Below, one piece after another: positions 39,588-52,375 of a stretch of DNA of 60,711 nt. This DNA comes from Rhina ancylostomus (lineage: Eukaryota). Location: positions 95,217,699-95,278,409 of the forward strand of contig JARFYF010000104.1 in assembly GCA_030265395.1 (NCBI GenBank), written 5' to 3'. The notes under the pieces were generated by a model. It saw only the letters and a program-made list of their open reading frames with translations, made no database searches and was not told the DNA's origin. Position 1 is the first letter of the stretch. Every line of letters begins with the position of its first letter. Made by a program: the position numbers and the translations under genes.

Positions 39588-39745
39588 GTAAGTGGGAGCA
39601 TTTTCCTGTAAAACTACTTTGTCGGCATAAAGCAAAAATGCAGCAGGATTTGGGATTATGTTTAAAACTCCTACAGTATTCCATTGAATTGGGAGAAGTT
39701 TGGTGTGTGTTTCTGCCATCTCTTTTGGGGTGGTGCGGTTCTCAA

Positions 39746-40370
39746 AATCAGGATCAGAATCAGGTATATTATCACTGATATATGACATGAAATTTGTTGT
39801 TTTACGGCAGCAGTACAGTACAAAGACACAAAAATCNNNNNNNNNNNNNNNNNNNNNNNNNNNNNNNNNNNNNNNNNNNNNNNNNNNNNNNNNNNNNNNN
39901 NNNNNNNNNNNNNNNNNNNNNNNNNNNNNNNNNNNNNNNNNNNNNNNNNNNNNNNNNNNNNNNNNNNNNNNNNNNNNNNNNNNNNNNNNNNNNNNNNNNN
40001 NNNNNNNNNNNNNNNNNNNNNNNNNNNNNNNNNNNNNNNNNNNNNNNNNNNNNNNNNNNNNNNNNNNNNNNNNNNNNNNNNNNNNNNNNNNNNNNNNNNN
40101 NNNNNNNNNNNNNNNNNNNNNNNNNNNNNNNNNNNNNTCTGCAGCCTCTTGCAATCCTGTGCATTGGAGCCTCCATACCAGGTGGTGATGCAACCAGTCA
40201 GAATGCTCTCCACCATACATCTGTAGAAATTTGTAAGAGTGTTTAATGACATACCAAATCTCCTCAAACTCCTAACAAAGTAGAGCCACTGGCGTGCCTT
40301 CTTCACGATTGCATCAATGTATTGGGCCCAGGCTAGACCCTCTGAGATATTGACACCCAGGAACTTGAAA
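39746..40370 (-). mobile_element. Rex1/Babar-like LINE 3' portion, family A (gapped)
   Basis: FKFLGVNISEGLAWAQYIDAIVKKARQWLYFVRSLRRFGMS..LTNFYRCMVESILTGCITTWYG is a post-RT domain; tail shared with 20530 and 23140. Confidence 0.88.
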
Positions 40371-41538
40371 CACACTGCTTTAAAGACTAGTGGAGACATC
40401 ACATGTATCAGCACTTGGACCATAACCATAATCTGCAAGACCAGGCACCAGAAAATGGAGTTAGGCTAGACAGCTATTTTTTTCAGCTAGTATTCTTTCA
40501 GAGGTCCGGATGGTTACTTTTGGTGCTGCACATTTATATTTTCCTATAATTCGAGAATTTCTGTAAAGGTCTTTGCTTGTTTTGTTTAAGAGAGGAAACT
40601 TGATATCACATTAGTGTTAATAGCTATATTTAGAGCTAATTGCAGTTTGATGATGTATAGTACATCTACTTAAATACAGTAAAAACTTGCTGCATCAATA
40701 TTTAAATTCCCCTGTTGGAATCTTCCAATAGAATTGAATGTCAAAGGCAGATCATAGTGCTTTGCCTACTCAAGAATGCAGTTAGTGTTACAACCAGGGG
40801 TGAATTTTTAAGCAATGGAGTTCCTGTATTGACCTCACTCTGTCAAGCACCAGGCCCTGTGCATATTTTCTAAGACCCAAAAACAGGTCACACATGTAGC
40901 TATGTTATAACAGGAATAGCAGTATACAAAGAGCAATTTCAAAAGGGGACAGCCAAGATGTGAAATTCTGAAGCCTACCTGCAGCTGAGTGATTTTATAG
41001 ATGGATGTACTTGTAGTATAGAGCTGCAAGCAGGCAGTATCCAAGGAGACCTAGTGTTCCCGGTTTACCTATATTCATCTCATCTCTTCCCAAATCAAGA
41101 CTTTTTTTTGAAATTCCAGTCTTAGATCAGCTTTTCCATACACCAGTCTCCTATGAATATGTTTTGCACAAATGTGAAACCGGTTTGTTTTGTAATGTTC
41201 AAAATAAATTAAAGCTGATTCTGAATGGACACAGTTATAACTGCAGTTTCAGTAAAGTTCATAGAATAAAGCATTGAAAGCTTGATGTTGTGACATGAAA
41301 ACTGATGACTCTTATAAAGCAACTTCACAAGTTTATAGGCAGGTCGAGACCAATTGGCAACTTCACAGAACCAAAAATCATGTCAAAATATCCTGCACCA
41401 TTGGGAGTTGGATATTCTCAGTTTGCTATGAGGGAGTGCCATTGACAGCGAAAAAGCGAGAATAGCTCTCCTACAATACAAAATCATCTTTTATTTCTCA
41501 GCTAACAATTATTCATTGCTCTCTTCCAATGCTGTCAG

Positions 41539-41562
41539 TCTGAGGATGTTGATTTATTACTG
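41539..41562 (+). CDS. MEF2C: MEF2C beta microexon (SEDVDLLL)
   Basis: tgtcag|TCTGAGGATGTTGATTTATTACTG|gtaagt; 24 nt, phase 0-0; acidic beta peptide of MEF2C. Confidence 0.95.
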
Positions 41563-41989
41563 GTAAGTGAGAGCTCTGCTGATCTAATCAAGTTATTTTG
41601 ACGAAAAGCAAAACACTGCAGATGTTGGAAATCTGGAATAAAAACAGAAAAAATTACAAATACACAGCAGATTAAGCAATATCTATGGAGAGAGGAAGAG
41701 TTAAGATGTAGGGTCAATGACATTTCAGCAGAGTTTTACCTAGAGAAATGGAAAAAAAAATGTATCAACCTGAAATTTCAGCTGAGCTTCTCACTCCACA
41801 GATGGTGCCTGACCTACTGAGTATTTCCAGCATTTTATTTTATCTTGAACTGTAATGTATGCACACTGTAATGTATATGGTCTTATATGTTCCTAGTCTA
41901 AAGTGAGGTAATATGCAGAAGGTGCAAAGTACAACATAGAAAACAATGAGCCCCATAAGGTGTGACGATTTTTATTCACTTCCTTGGGA

Positions 41990-42445
41990 AAGGGACATTA
42001 AAGGCCTAACCCTAACAGTTCATGGGTGGGAGCTTCCACCTTGAACCACTGCAGTCTCACTGGGAGTGGTATGGGAAAGGAGTTCTCGGATTTAGACCCA
42101 GGATGAATAAAGAACCATGATATATTTCATAGTAAAAATGATGAGCACCTTCAAGGGGGACCTGTGAGTGGTGGTACTCCCATGCACTGAAGTCCTTGCC
42201 CTTCTAGATGGAAACTTCACAACTTCAGGAGACGCTGTCAGAGTTGCAAGAGCAGGTACCTGCAGTGCATTTTGTAAATAGTGCATTCTGTAGCCACTGT
42301 GCCCTGGTGATGCAGGCAATGAATGTTTAAGATGGATGGGGTACTAGTCAAGCAAACTGCTTTGCCCTGGAAGGTGTTCATCTGCTTGAGTGTTGTTAGG
42401 ACTGCATGCATCCAGGCAAGTGAGGGGTTATTCCATCACACATCA
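41990..42445 (-). mobile_element. CR1-like LINE 3' fragment, inverted relative to 43340-43660
   Basis: ctgcatgcatccaggcaagtg is approximately the reverse complement of cacttgcctggatgagtgcag. Confidence 0.65.
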
Positions 42446-42859
42446 GGTTTCTACCTTTTAAATAGTGGAAGTTATAGTCCAGGGCCAGCTGAGGAAGCAG
42501 TCTTGGATGCTTAGCTTTAGCATGGGTGAGTTTGCTGCCTGCGACATTGTGGTGGTGGTGGCGGCTTGCTGCTTTGGTGATAGGGGAATCGGTGGCTGTA
42601 CTTGCACACCAGGTAACCCCTCGGACGGCAAGGTGGACAATGATGCAACACTATGCTGGCACTCAGATTGCTCTACCATTGTTTCAACCTCCAGAGCCAC
42701 AGGGAGCCAGCTGACAAATGCCAGTCGAGTCCCTGTTGTTTTTTCTCTTCTCAAAGGTATAGCTTTGTGCACACTCTGAGCAGGAGTGATGAGGATCATG
42801 ATGAAGAGCACTGTGAGTGGTCGGGCATGGTGAGGTGGCATTTCTTTGCTCTTGCTGAA

Positions 42860-43670
42860 GAGTGGCAAGTTCCTCAGAGTGGTGACCTTGGACCAACCAT
42901 CTTCAGCAGCTTCATCAATGACCTACCTTCAATCATAAGGTCAGAAGCAGGGATGATCATAGATTGCGCAGTGTTCTGCACCATTCTCAACTCCTCAGAT
43001 AATGAAGCAGTTCACATCCAAATGCACCAAAACCTGGACAATATCCAGGCCTGGGCTGATAGGTGCCAAGTAACATTTGCACCACACAAGTGCCAGGCAA
43101 TGATGATATTCAACTAGAGAAAATCCAGATATCACTCCCTGACATTCAATGTCCTGACCATCACTAAACTCCCCACTGTCAATATCCTGGGGGTTACCAT
43201 TGGCCAGAAGCTGAACTGGAGTGGTCCTGTATACAATCTGACTAAAGGAGACAGTCAGAGGTGAGGAATTCTGTGGTGAGTGACTCCCTGTCAAACTCCC
43301 CAAAGCCTGTCCACCATCTACAAGGCTCAAATCAGGAGTGCGATGGAAAACTCTCCACTTGCCTGGATGAGTGCAGCTTCAACAACTCTCAAACAGCTCC
43401 ACACTATACTTGATAGGCACCCCATCCACGACCATTCATTCACTCCACCACTNNNNNNNNNNNCGGTTTGTACCATCTACAGGAAGTACTGCAGCAACTC
43501 ACCGAGACTCCTGAGATAGCATCTTCCAAAGCCATGACCTCTACCAGCTGGAAGGACAAGGGCAGCAAAAGCCTGGGGAACACCACCCCCTGGAAGTTGC
43601 CCTCCAAGCCCCGCACCATCCTGACTTGGAAATATATCGCAGTTCCTTCACTGTCACTGGGTAAACCAGT
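42860..43670 (+). mobile_element. CR1/L2-like LINE RT fragment
   Basis: PQSGDLGPTIFSSFINDLPSII...QNLDNIQAWADRCQVTFAPHKCQAM; downstream LSTIYKAQIRSAMENSPLAWM. Confidence 0.85.
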
Positions 43671-44625
43671 AAACACTGTACAATAGGATTGATAACCAAC
43701 AAAGAGTGGAAACTGTGACCTTGTGGCTCTGCACAATGCCTTGCAGGAACTTGGCGGTAGACTTCTGCCATAGTCTGTATCATCTCCTGCTTTGGGTGAG
43801 GCAGGCTTAACCTAATGCGAATTGTCTCCTGCTGTCACGATAACATCACAACTGTGCTCTACATCTGAATCTCAGGTTAGTCCCTCTGGTGAGCCCCTGC
43901 TGCAGCTTTCCAGGTTCCCTGTGAATGTTGCCAAGCTGCAGCCGGCTGATGCTTGGTGTAACTCTGTGATGCGTGTCCCTTTCAACACCAATGGTGCTGT
44001 GAGATGTCAGGCACAATAACAATTATGCCTATCTCAACAGTGAATCATGTTCACAATGATGCATCAGCACAGATGGTATTGAGGACATGCACTGATGGTT
44101 GAATCAAAAGGGATATATAGTGGCCACAGTGAAATAATGGTGATAAACAGAGCCAGCAGATTGCTCTTGCTGCAAAGGTGGTTTGGGGCTCATGGTCCCT
44201 ACACCCCATGAGCTGCAGCTTGCTGTCCTCCATACAGGTTGGCCACTGCACATGTGAGGAACCACTCCCATCTGGCTCTCCCTTCTGTTCAGATCAGTCT
44301 TTCCCTAAATGGGGGAGATGGACAACATTGAGCAAACCTTTACATTTGTAGGCTTAATCTCTCGGGTGGGAGGGGCGAAATGGGGTGCAATAGGGGTTAC
44401 AGTGCCAATGGTGAGTTTAGCATAGGGGTTACTGATGAAGTTGCAGTTGGCATGAATGTGAATAAATGTCAGAAAGAAAAAGCAGTATTTCTGTGAGCCT
44501 GGAGTTCATATTCACGTATCCAGTGAGACCATGAATCTTCTTCCAGTTGCTACTTCTTGCCATGCTTTTTGAATGCAAGCCTGGACCCCTCTCCCTCTGA
44601 CCTTCCTCCTCCTCACTCTTTCACA

Positions 44626-44636
44626 TTCTCTCTCTC

Positions 44637-44668
<32 letters not shown>

Positions 44669-44669
44669 A
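44626..44669. repeat. (CT)n microsatellite
   Basis: About 20 TC units with one interruption. Confidence 0.95.
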
Positions 44670-45668
44670 GCTGATACCTGTTCCCTTACTGCTGCACAGC
44701 AAAGTGTTTCCAGCTGCACCACACTGGTCAGGTGGTGCATGATTTTAGGTACAGGTCAGCACAACACTGCTAAATTGTTTTGGCAAATGTTATGATATTT
44801 TTCAGGGGGGTGATTGGATGTTAGTACACGTAAAGCGAGAGAGGGTAAATACCAAGTTCTGGGGACCTCTGCTTGAGGTTTGCACTTGAACCCCATTGTT
44901 TCAGTCTGCTTGTTGTTGTTGTGTCTCCCTACCACCATGAGTATCCAATCATTTGATGTATTCAGTAACCTCGTAACTTTGGGCAACTTCACTTGTGCAT
45001 GGTTGTTGAGGCTCTCAGTTCCACGTATATGTTTTTCATTAAACTTAAAAGCCAGATTTAGGTGGATTGAAGATGTGGACAAATATAACCTATCAGAATA
45101 GACCCGAGAAACCACTGTGCCAAAAGTTATCCATTTGAACATTATTAAATGGCTTTGATCTTCTAGATATCAAGTGAGAAATTATGTGCACATTGTATGG
45201 TTCTCCTGTTAAAGATCTGTGACTCTGAAGTAACACCACCACCACCTATTGGTTTTGCAAATATTGGCACTTACAACCTCTGCTCACAATTAATATTAAA
45301 GCTATCCAACCCCTTGAGAACAATAACAGGAATCCACCATTTTTTTCATAAAAACATAATAGCAGGACATGCTTATTCCAACTGTTTTCCACAGGGTCTT
45401 TTTCCTGTCACAATAACAAATCTTTATTGGTTGCTGACCTGGTTACTATAGAAATGCTGATGTAATTGGTTACCTTGGGAACATCTAGTCTCCTGAAGTG
45501 TTGTAAATGATAGGTTTTGAAGAGTTCTTCAAGGCCAATAATGTTAAATTATTCATTTTTTTAAAAAATGCCTGATTTGTGTTTCAGCTTTTCCTGTTGG
45601 TCTTATTAAAACAGTACTGAGACAGTCTAAAAATTATATTTAAAAATCACTATTTTGTTTCATTATAG

Positions 45669-45803
<135 letters not shown>

Positions 45804-48800
45804 TAACTCCCTGTCCTTTACAGTTGTTAGCAAAGTGCCACGAATATTCTTTCATGTTTCTGAAATACTTAATTACTACTGAAATGTAATTCCCATCTGC
45901 ATCCGCATGCTTTTTGTTGCAGGTCATGAATTGCACCTGGTACTGCAATGGAAAGCATGTGTGTTGCTTTGCAAGCATACAATTATCTTGTTACTTGTTA
46001 TTTATCAGTGTCTAATGTCCATGCACTTCTGCACACAGTGATTTTTTTTAATAATTGTTGCTTCTTAACAAAATTTAATACTCCAGAAAAATGCAGTGCA
46101 TTTTGACTTCAATGTTGGTTTTATCAGAATCATTCTTGCCCATCTCATTGGAAGTTCATGTTTATATGTGTCCATATCTGTATGATTATGTTCCTGAGAA
46201 ATGCTTTGAGTTATTTTAGGATTCTACTTAAATTCAGTTTGTTGTGCATGTAAATTAATCACACCAGTCTCGTTTGCACAAATTTATACCAAAAAAACTG
46301 ATTTTGGATAGTGTTTTTTTTGCTTTATATATTCAACACAAATCTAGAGTGTTTAATGTAAAATATAAAAAGAATGTTGTTTGTTAAGATGTATTGCAAA
46401 TCAATTCTGCAACACTATCAAGTTAAACTTTTTCAAAAGTTTGTTTTGCTTGTTATTTCTATCAGCGATTAATACAGTTCAAATCAATTTATACTTCAAT
46501 TTATAAAAGCGTTATACTTCCAAAACAATTTACCTTTAATGTACTTTGAATAAATGAAGTCATTTCAGTTTAGAAACATAATACAATGGGTTCATTGTAA
46601 AAAGCATTTTCCTTTTTAGCTATTNNNNNNNNNNNNNNNNNNNNNNNNNNNNNNNNNNNNNNNNNNNNNNNNNNNNNNNNNNNNNNNNNNNNNNNNNNNN
46701 NNNNNTTATCTTGTTGGTCCATTGGATTCCAGACCATAGCAGCGTGGCTTGAGTAACACGTGGGCCTCCAGTGTGTGATGAAGAAGCCCTGCCCCTGAAC
46801 TGCCTGTAGAAGCTTTCACAGGAATTTGTGCCCAGACTTGCTTTAACAGCTGCTAAAGTTATGAGTTTAAAGAATAATGAAATAAATAATCTTAAGTATA
46901 TTTTTAAACAGAATTAGATAAAAATGTACAGAAGTTAAATACATTAACTTGAAACAAAATAATTAACAAATGAGAACTTATTTCCCCTTTTGCTTTCTAA
47001 CCCACAACCCTACAACTCTTGTAAAATAGTTAGCAGGATCTCAGATCCAGCCCCAGATCTAATCTGGCATGGGACCTAAGATTCAATTCTTGGTACTAGG
47101 GAATCTCAACAAGAAGGAGGTCCACCATCATAATCCCCAGAGGCACAGCAAAGTAAGAGATTCCTGGGTCCAAATCTATCAATATATTGGACACAGTTCA
47201 TGCACCTGGAGAACCCCCAGCTTTTGATTCCATTTACCAGCAAGATTCAGCCCATTAAATCTTGGACTGACTTTTCCAAAATTAATATTTATTGCCTGCT
47301 GAAGAATATTAGTGAAATAGAAAATGAAGATACCTTAATAATATTCTATAAAATATTATTATTATAAGTCCTGTGTGTCCCAGGTAAAAGGTTGGTTAGC
47401 AAAATCAAAGCCCATGGAATAAAGAAATCANNNNNNNNNNNNNNNNNNNNNNNNNNNNNNNNNNNNNNNNNNNNNNNNNNNNNNNNNNNNNNNNNNNNNN
47501 NNNNNNNNNNNNNNNNNNNNNNNNNNNNNNCAAAATCAAAGCCCATGGAATAAAGAAATCAGTGAGAAAATGCAAATAGTCATAGTAAACATTTGTCCTT
47601 CAAGACAGTGGATGGTGGTCCCTGATGTTTATCAGGGGTCAATATTGGGACTGTTGCTTTCTTTTGACATGTAAGATAGATAATACGATTGGCTGTGGGT
47701 ACGCAGGGTAGATTTTCAAAATTTTGGGGGTGTGGTAAACAGTGAAGTGTATGATGGTGGATCTGCAGTGTCTCTTGTGCCTCCAAGTGTATCATAGTAG
47801 AAGCAAACCAACACAGACAAGCTTGCAGAATAGGCAGGCGAGTGGCAGATGAAGTCTAGTAACAGAAATGTAATATCAAACATTTTGGCAGAAAGAGCAA
47901 GTAGAAACAATAGAACAGATCTTGCTGGCTAATGCCAGCACTTTCCAGATGGAGAAGTTTGAGTGGAACTGCTGACTCAACCTTTCGCAGTGCAGAGTTC
48001 CAGACCACAGTGGTGAAATGTGAAGTCCAGAATCTACGATAGTAGGACAAAGGATTAGAAGGCAAAGTGGGAAATTACTACTTTAATTTATATTGCTTTA
48101 ATGTTAGATGTGTGTAATCAATTTACTTCAAAAAAGAATACTTTTTAAAATTATTTTCTTCAATTTTAATAGTATTTAACTGTTGCTTTTAAAAGCTGTT
48201 AAAGCTCGCACATCTTTTAGAGCAGGCAAAGCTGGGCAAGGGATTGTCCATTTGCACCTGGACTATATAAGTATAGGTAAATAGAGCAAAACTGTTCTAT
48301 TAGCAGGCCAGTGAATGCAAGTTCACTGTGATGGGCAAAAAATTTAGGAAGTTTGTGAGAAATTTATTTTTAATGCAGAGTGGTGATGGTCAGGAACTTA
48401 GTTCCTGCAAGTGAGTTGGTCAGGCTTTATCAAAAAGGGGATTGGCTGGGCATAAGGACATAATTTATAGTGGAACAGGATTGAATAGATTGCTCTACAC
48501 AAACCAACAATGATTTGCGGGGAACACAGGAGAACATGAGCAAGAATAGGCCATCTGGCCTCAAGCCTGCCCCGCGCACAAACTCTCCTGTGCCAGTGCC
48601 CCATAACCCTCAATTCCTTAATCTTTCAAAAATGTGTCTATCTCCTTTTAAATGCCTCCAGTGATCTAGCCTCCACAACTCTTCGTGGTCAAGAATTCAG
48701 ACCTTCCTTAATATGTAAACAGAGAGCCAGTAGAGTGTCACCGTTCAAGAAGGAAGGGAAGGATGAAATGGGCACAATACAGTTTGCTTTCAGTTCCATC

Positions 48801-49681
48801 ACTTCAAATTATTGTTCAAATCAACTTTATGCCAGATTAACAGTTGATCTGATGGTTCATTTAAATTGTTTAATTTCAACCGAAGGGAAATTTTTTATTG
48901 CTGAAGTAAATAGCTGAATTAATAAGCAGGCTTTAGACCAATGTTAACATCTCCTCTGACCAATCTTTTGAAATTTATCGTATGTGATCGAATCTGTGAG
49001 CATGTGGAAATCCATGGGATAATTAAAAACAGACAACATTAAAGCAATTTGTATTAGACAAATTTCAGCAAGAAGATTAGACGGGTAAAAGGAAAGTAAC
49101 AGATGTTGTATTTTGGATTTCAGGAGGTATTCTGTGATAATTGTAGTTAATTGTTACTGCTCTGATTGGAAAGGGTTGAAGTGATGTGCCTAAGGATTAG
49201 CCCTGAGCTATTTGTGTTCTCTGTGCAAATAATTCTGATTTGGGCAAATAGAGTAAATGTGCTGTTGACATAAAGGTAAGGTTTGTTCCAGCAACAATAA
49301 CAAAAATGACAGTGAAGTTGACAGAATGGACAATACAAATTAGTGTGGAAAACTGTGAGGTAATTCATTTTGGGAAGAAAATCAAAGAATTGGCATGCGT
49401 TCAATGGAAGGATGCTTAGGCACCTAGTTATAAGAAGCATCTTCAGACACTGGGGCTGTTTTGCCTGGAGCAGAAAATGTTTTTTTATTAAATGAAGAAT
49501 GTGATGGGATAAATAGAAAAAGACTAACACTCTGGTTCACGAGTATACGACACACTGTCATCAATTCAAAATTATCACTAATGCAATATAGAGAATAGTT
49601 TCAAAAAATCTTTTACACAGATGATCAGAGTATGGAATATTTTGCCACGGGGGTATTGAGCTACAGACCACAACATCTAAT

Positions 49682-50112
49682 AAATCAAAAATAAATATTG
49701 TCTGAAGCAAAGGAAGATACTGTGGGTCAAGGAAGAAGGCAGCGGAAGTAGCTTTGGATTGCTTCAGAGTTGGCACAGAGATGAAGAAGCAACTGGTCAC
49801 TTTGTGTCCTCTAAATGTGTCTGGTGTTGAAGATTCCTTTTAGCAATAGTACACTCCCAATAAGTCATATCTTAATATGTTTTCAAACTGAATACTTGGT
49901 TCCAGATGGTCTAACTAGTTCATGTTAAAGATGTTCAGAAAATCTAATTGCTAAAAGGAATCTTCAACACCAGACACATTTAGAAGACAGAAAGTGACCA
50001 GTTGCTTCATCATCTCTGTGCCAACTCTGAAGCAATCCAAAGCTACTTCCACTGCCTTCTTCCTTGACCCACAGTATCTTCCTTTGCTTCAGACAATATT
50101 TATTTTTGATTT
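49682..50112. repeat. Long inverted repeat: 166-bp arms (49682-49847 and 49947-50112) with a 99-bp spacer
   Basis: Manual reverse-complement comparison found 4 mismatches and no indels in 166 bp. Confidence 0.95.
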
Positions 50113-50231
50113 CTAACTTCTAAATTGTTTTATCAATGATCTGAATGTCATATTATGAACTTCAGCATGTTTAACTGACTTTAATTTTACTTCTTCCTCT
50201 AATTCTGGTCCCTGCCAATGTCACAATGAAG

Positions 50232-50367
50232 AATATTCCCTTAGTAGTGCTGACTTGTCATCTCTCACTGGGTTTAATACTGCCAATGCACTCCATCTGG
50301 GCTCAATGACTGGCTGGCAGCAACATCAGCTACAGAATATGCAGCATTCAGCTCTAAGTCAGCTGGG
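50232..50367 (+). CDS. MEF2C: MEF2C penultimate coding exon ([17 protein letters not shown]...HSALSQLG)
   Basis: aatgaag|AATAT...CTGGG|gtaagt; 136 nt, phase 1-2; frame continuous with both flanking exons. Confidence 0.94.
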
Positions 50368-51180
50368 GTAAGTACATTTAACATAAGTTTGAATTAATCT
50401 TTTTGCATGATTTATGTATTTGATCTTTTCATTCTCCCAGTGTATTGGATATGTAGATATAACTGTTGCTGCACCATATTATTCAGGAGCAAAAGTCATA
50501 AACCAGTCTAATGCCAATTTGTTTATGCACCTATAATTACAGTAAAACACTGCAAAAGTGTTGCTTTACAAGATCACAATCATTGAGATTTTTATACTTT
50601 TTTAGATCTTGGATATTGTTGTTAGAAAAATGCAAATTGTGGCAGCAGCAAGCAGAGAGAGGCCATCTGTGATCCCAGCACAGTGGGAGTTCCATATTAC
50701 TCAAAATCTATTTCCTTAAATCCCATCTATTTCATTGGAAAAAGTGAGTTATCTTCACCTCATTAGAACAAGGTGCCAAAAGAATTGCATTCTAACCATT
50801 GAGCCAGAGCATTTATATTAGTTTTGTCAAAATTTATTTAATATTCTTGAGTATAGTGAGATCCCAGATATTTTTCTGTATGTTCAGTTTTTGATGCCAA
50901 AAAAATTCCATGGATAATCACATGCTGTTGACATTAATTCAAGTTAAACTAGAATTTATTAAAGGATTGAGGGGGGCTGAGAATAATTTGGGGGTTTGTG
51001 AGTATTACCACATCTTCAGAGCAAACTTGGACTTTGCAAAACCTCCATTCAAGTTACCTTTCATCATTAGAGGCTGGTGGAAAATTTAAATATTTAAATA
51101 GAAACCTTGTTGCCCATATCAGGAAAAAAATTGGTACTGACACCTTGAACTATTTCAGTGCACCAATTAATCTGAATAAG

Positions 51181-51332
51181 GTATCCTTATTAGTCACATG
51201 TACATCAAAACACAGTGAAATACATCTTCTGCATGGAGTGTTCTGGGGGCAGCCCGCAAGTGTCGCCACGCTTCCAGCATCAACATCGTATGCCCACAAC
51301 CTCCTAACCCATTAGTCTTTGGAATGTGGGAG
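51181..51332 (-). mobile_element. V-SINE 3' half
   Basis: Reverse complement of ~7404-7557 (ttattagtcacatgtacat..ctttggaatgtgggag). Confidence 0.8.
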
Positions 51333-51499
51333 CTCTTAAATCTAAAGTGAGGACACCGGAGAAATATTGGTTATTTTTAACTTGAGTGAATAGCATTATT
51401 AATTTTTGACATTTTAAATAAAGTACCCAAGCAATACTTGCTGCAACCAACCTCACTGACAGAACCCTGCAAGCAGTGACTGCTTTTTATGGGTAGATC

Positions 51500-52085
51500 A
51501 CCTCTATAGTTCCCAGCACTTATGAATGCAAGGAGAATTGCATACAAAAGTGAGAAGTTACACTTCATGTTATATAGGCATTGGTGATATCACATACTGT
51601 GTACAGTATCGGTCTCCTTATACAAGGAAGAATATTAATGATTGACAGCATTTCAGAGAAGGTTTACCAGACTAATGTCTGGAATGGCAAGGAAAGATTG
51701 GACAGGCTGGGTTTGTATCCGCAGGAATACAGAAGAAAGAGAAGTGACTTGATTGAAAGATATAAGATTCTCAGTGGAGAGGATGCTGCTTCTTGTGTGA
51801 GAATCAGATAGTGGGGTCACTGCTTAAAAATAAGGGGTTATCTATTATGAGAGATGAGGTGAAATATATTCTTCCAGAGTCATGAATCTTCCTCAAAGGG
51901 TTGTGAAATCAAAGTCTTTCAATATTTTTTAAAGCCAAGGTAGATGGATACTTGACAAGAAAGAGAGTGAGTGTTTATTGTAAATAGTCAGGGATGCAAA
52001 ATCAAGCCATGATCTGATTAAAAGGTTGAGCAGAATTGTGGAACCAATTGACTAATTCTGTTCCTAATTTGCATGCTAGTATGCT
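51500..52085 (+). mobile_element. Decayed CR1 LINE 3' end
   Basis: KERLDRLGLYPQEYRRKRSDLIERYKILSG peptide in ORF 51581..51811. Confidence 0.75.
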
Positions 52086-52356
52086 ATGGAAAACATTGAC
52101 TTGAAAATTGCATTGACATGAACGTTCAGGGTCTTGGAAAATTTTGCTGTCGTCAGGCTAAGGTGTTCTTTTGACATTCTTTGACGATATGTTAATTAGC
52201 TAAAATTGAACCTAACCCAAGTGTAGTAGAGTCCTAAAGTGTGTGTGATTCAAGTCTTATGTAGCAATGAAATAGTTTCTGATTTTTAAAACTGAGTATG
52301 CAAGTTAAATGAGTGCAAGACCTTTTAATATAATGTAGAAATGGCACAGCAATGAC

Positions 52357-52375
52357 TAGCCACCTGGGGGCAGCA
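52357..52375 (+). promoter_or_regulatory. Candidate CTCF site
   Basis: CCACCTGGGGGCAG at 52360-52373, one deviation from the core consensus, in AT-rich surroundings. Confidence 0.45.

Noticed and set aside
40624-40633. Perfect MEF2 site CTATATTTAG (autoregulation)
   Set aside because: A few such 10-mers are expected by chance in 55 kb of AT-rich DNA, and I have no conservation evidence.
40907-40916. FOX:ETS-like ATAACAGGAA
   Set aside because: Single short match; the flanks do not resemble the known Mef2c endothelial enhancer as I recall it, which I expect upstream of this window.
42458-42868. 136-aa minus-strand ORF in a GC-richer patch between LINE fragments
   Set aside because: No recognisable motif; probably a decayed transposon remnant. 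A BLASTX/Dfam search would be needed to say more.
47400-47561. 31-bp direct repeat flanking a gap
   Set aside because: Same artefact: identical sequence on both sides of a 100-N gap.
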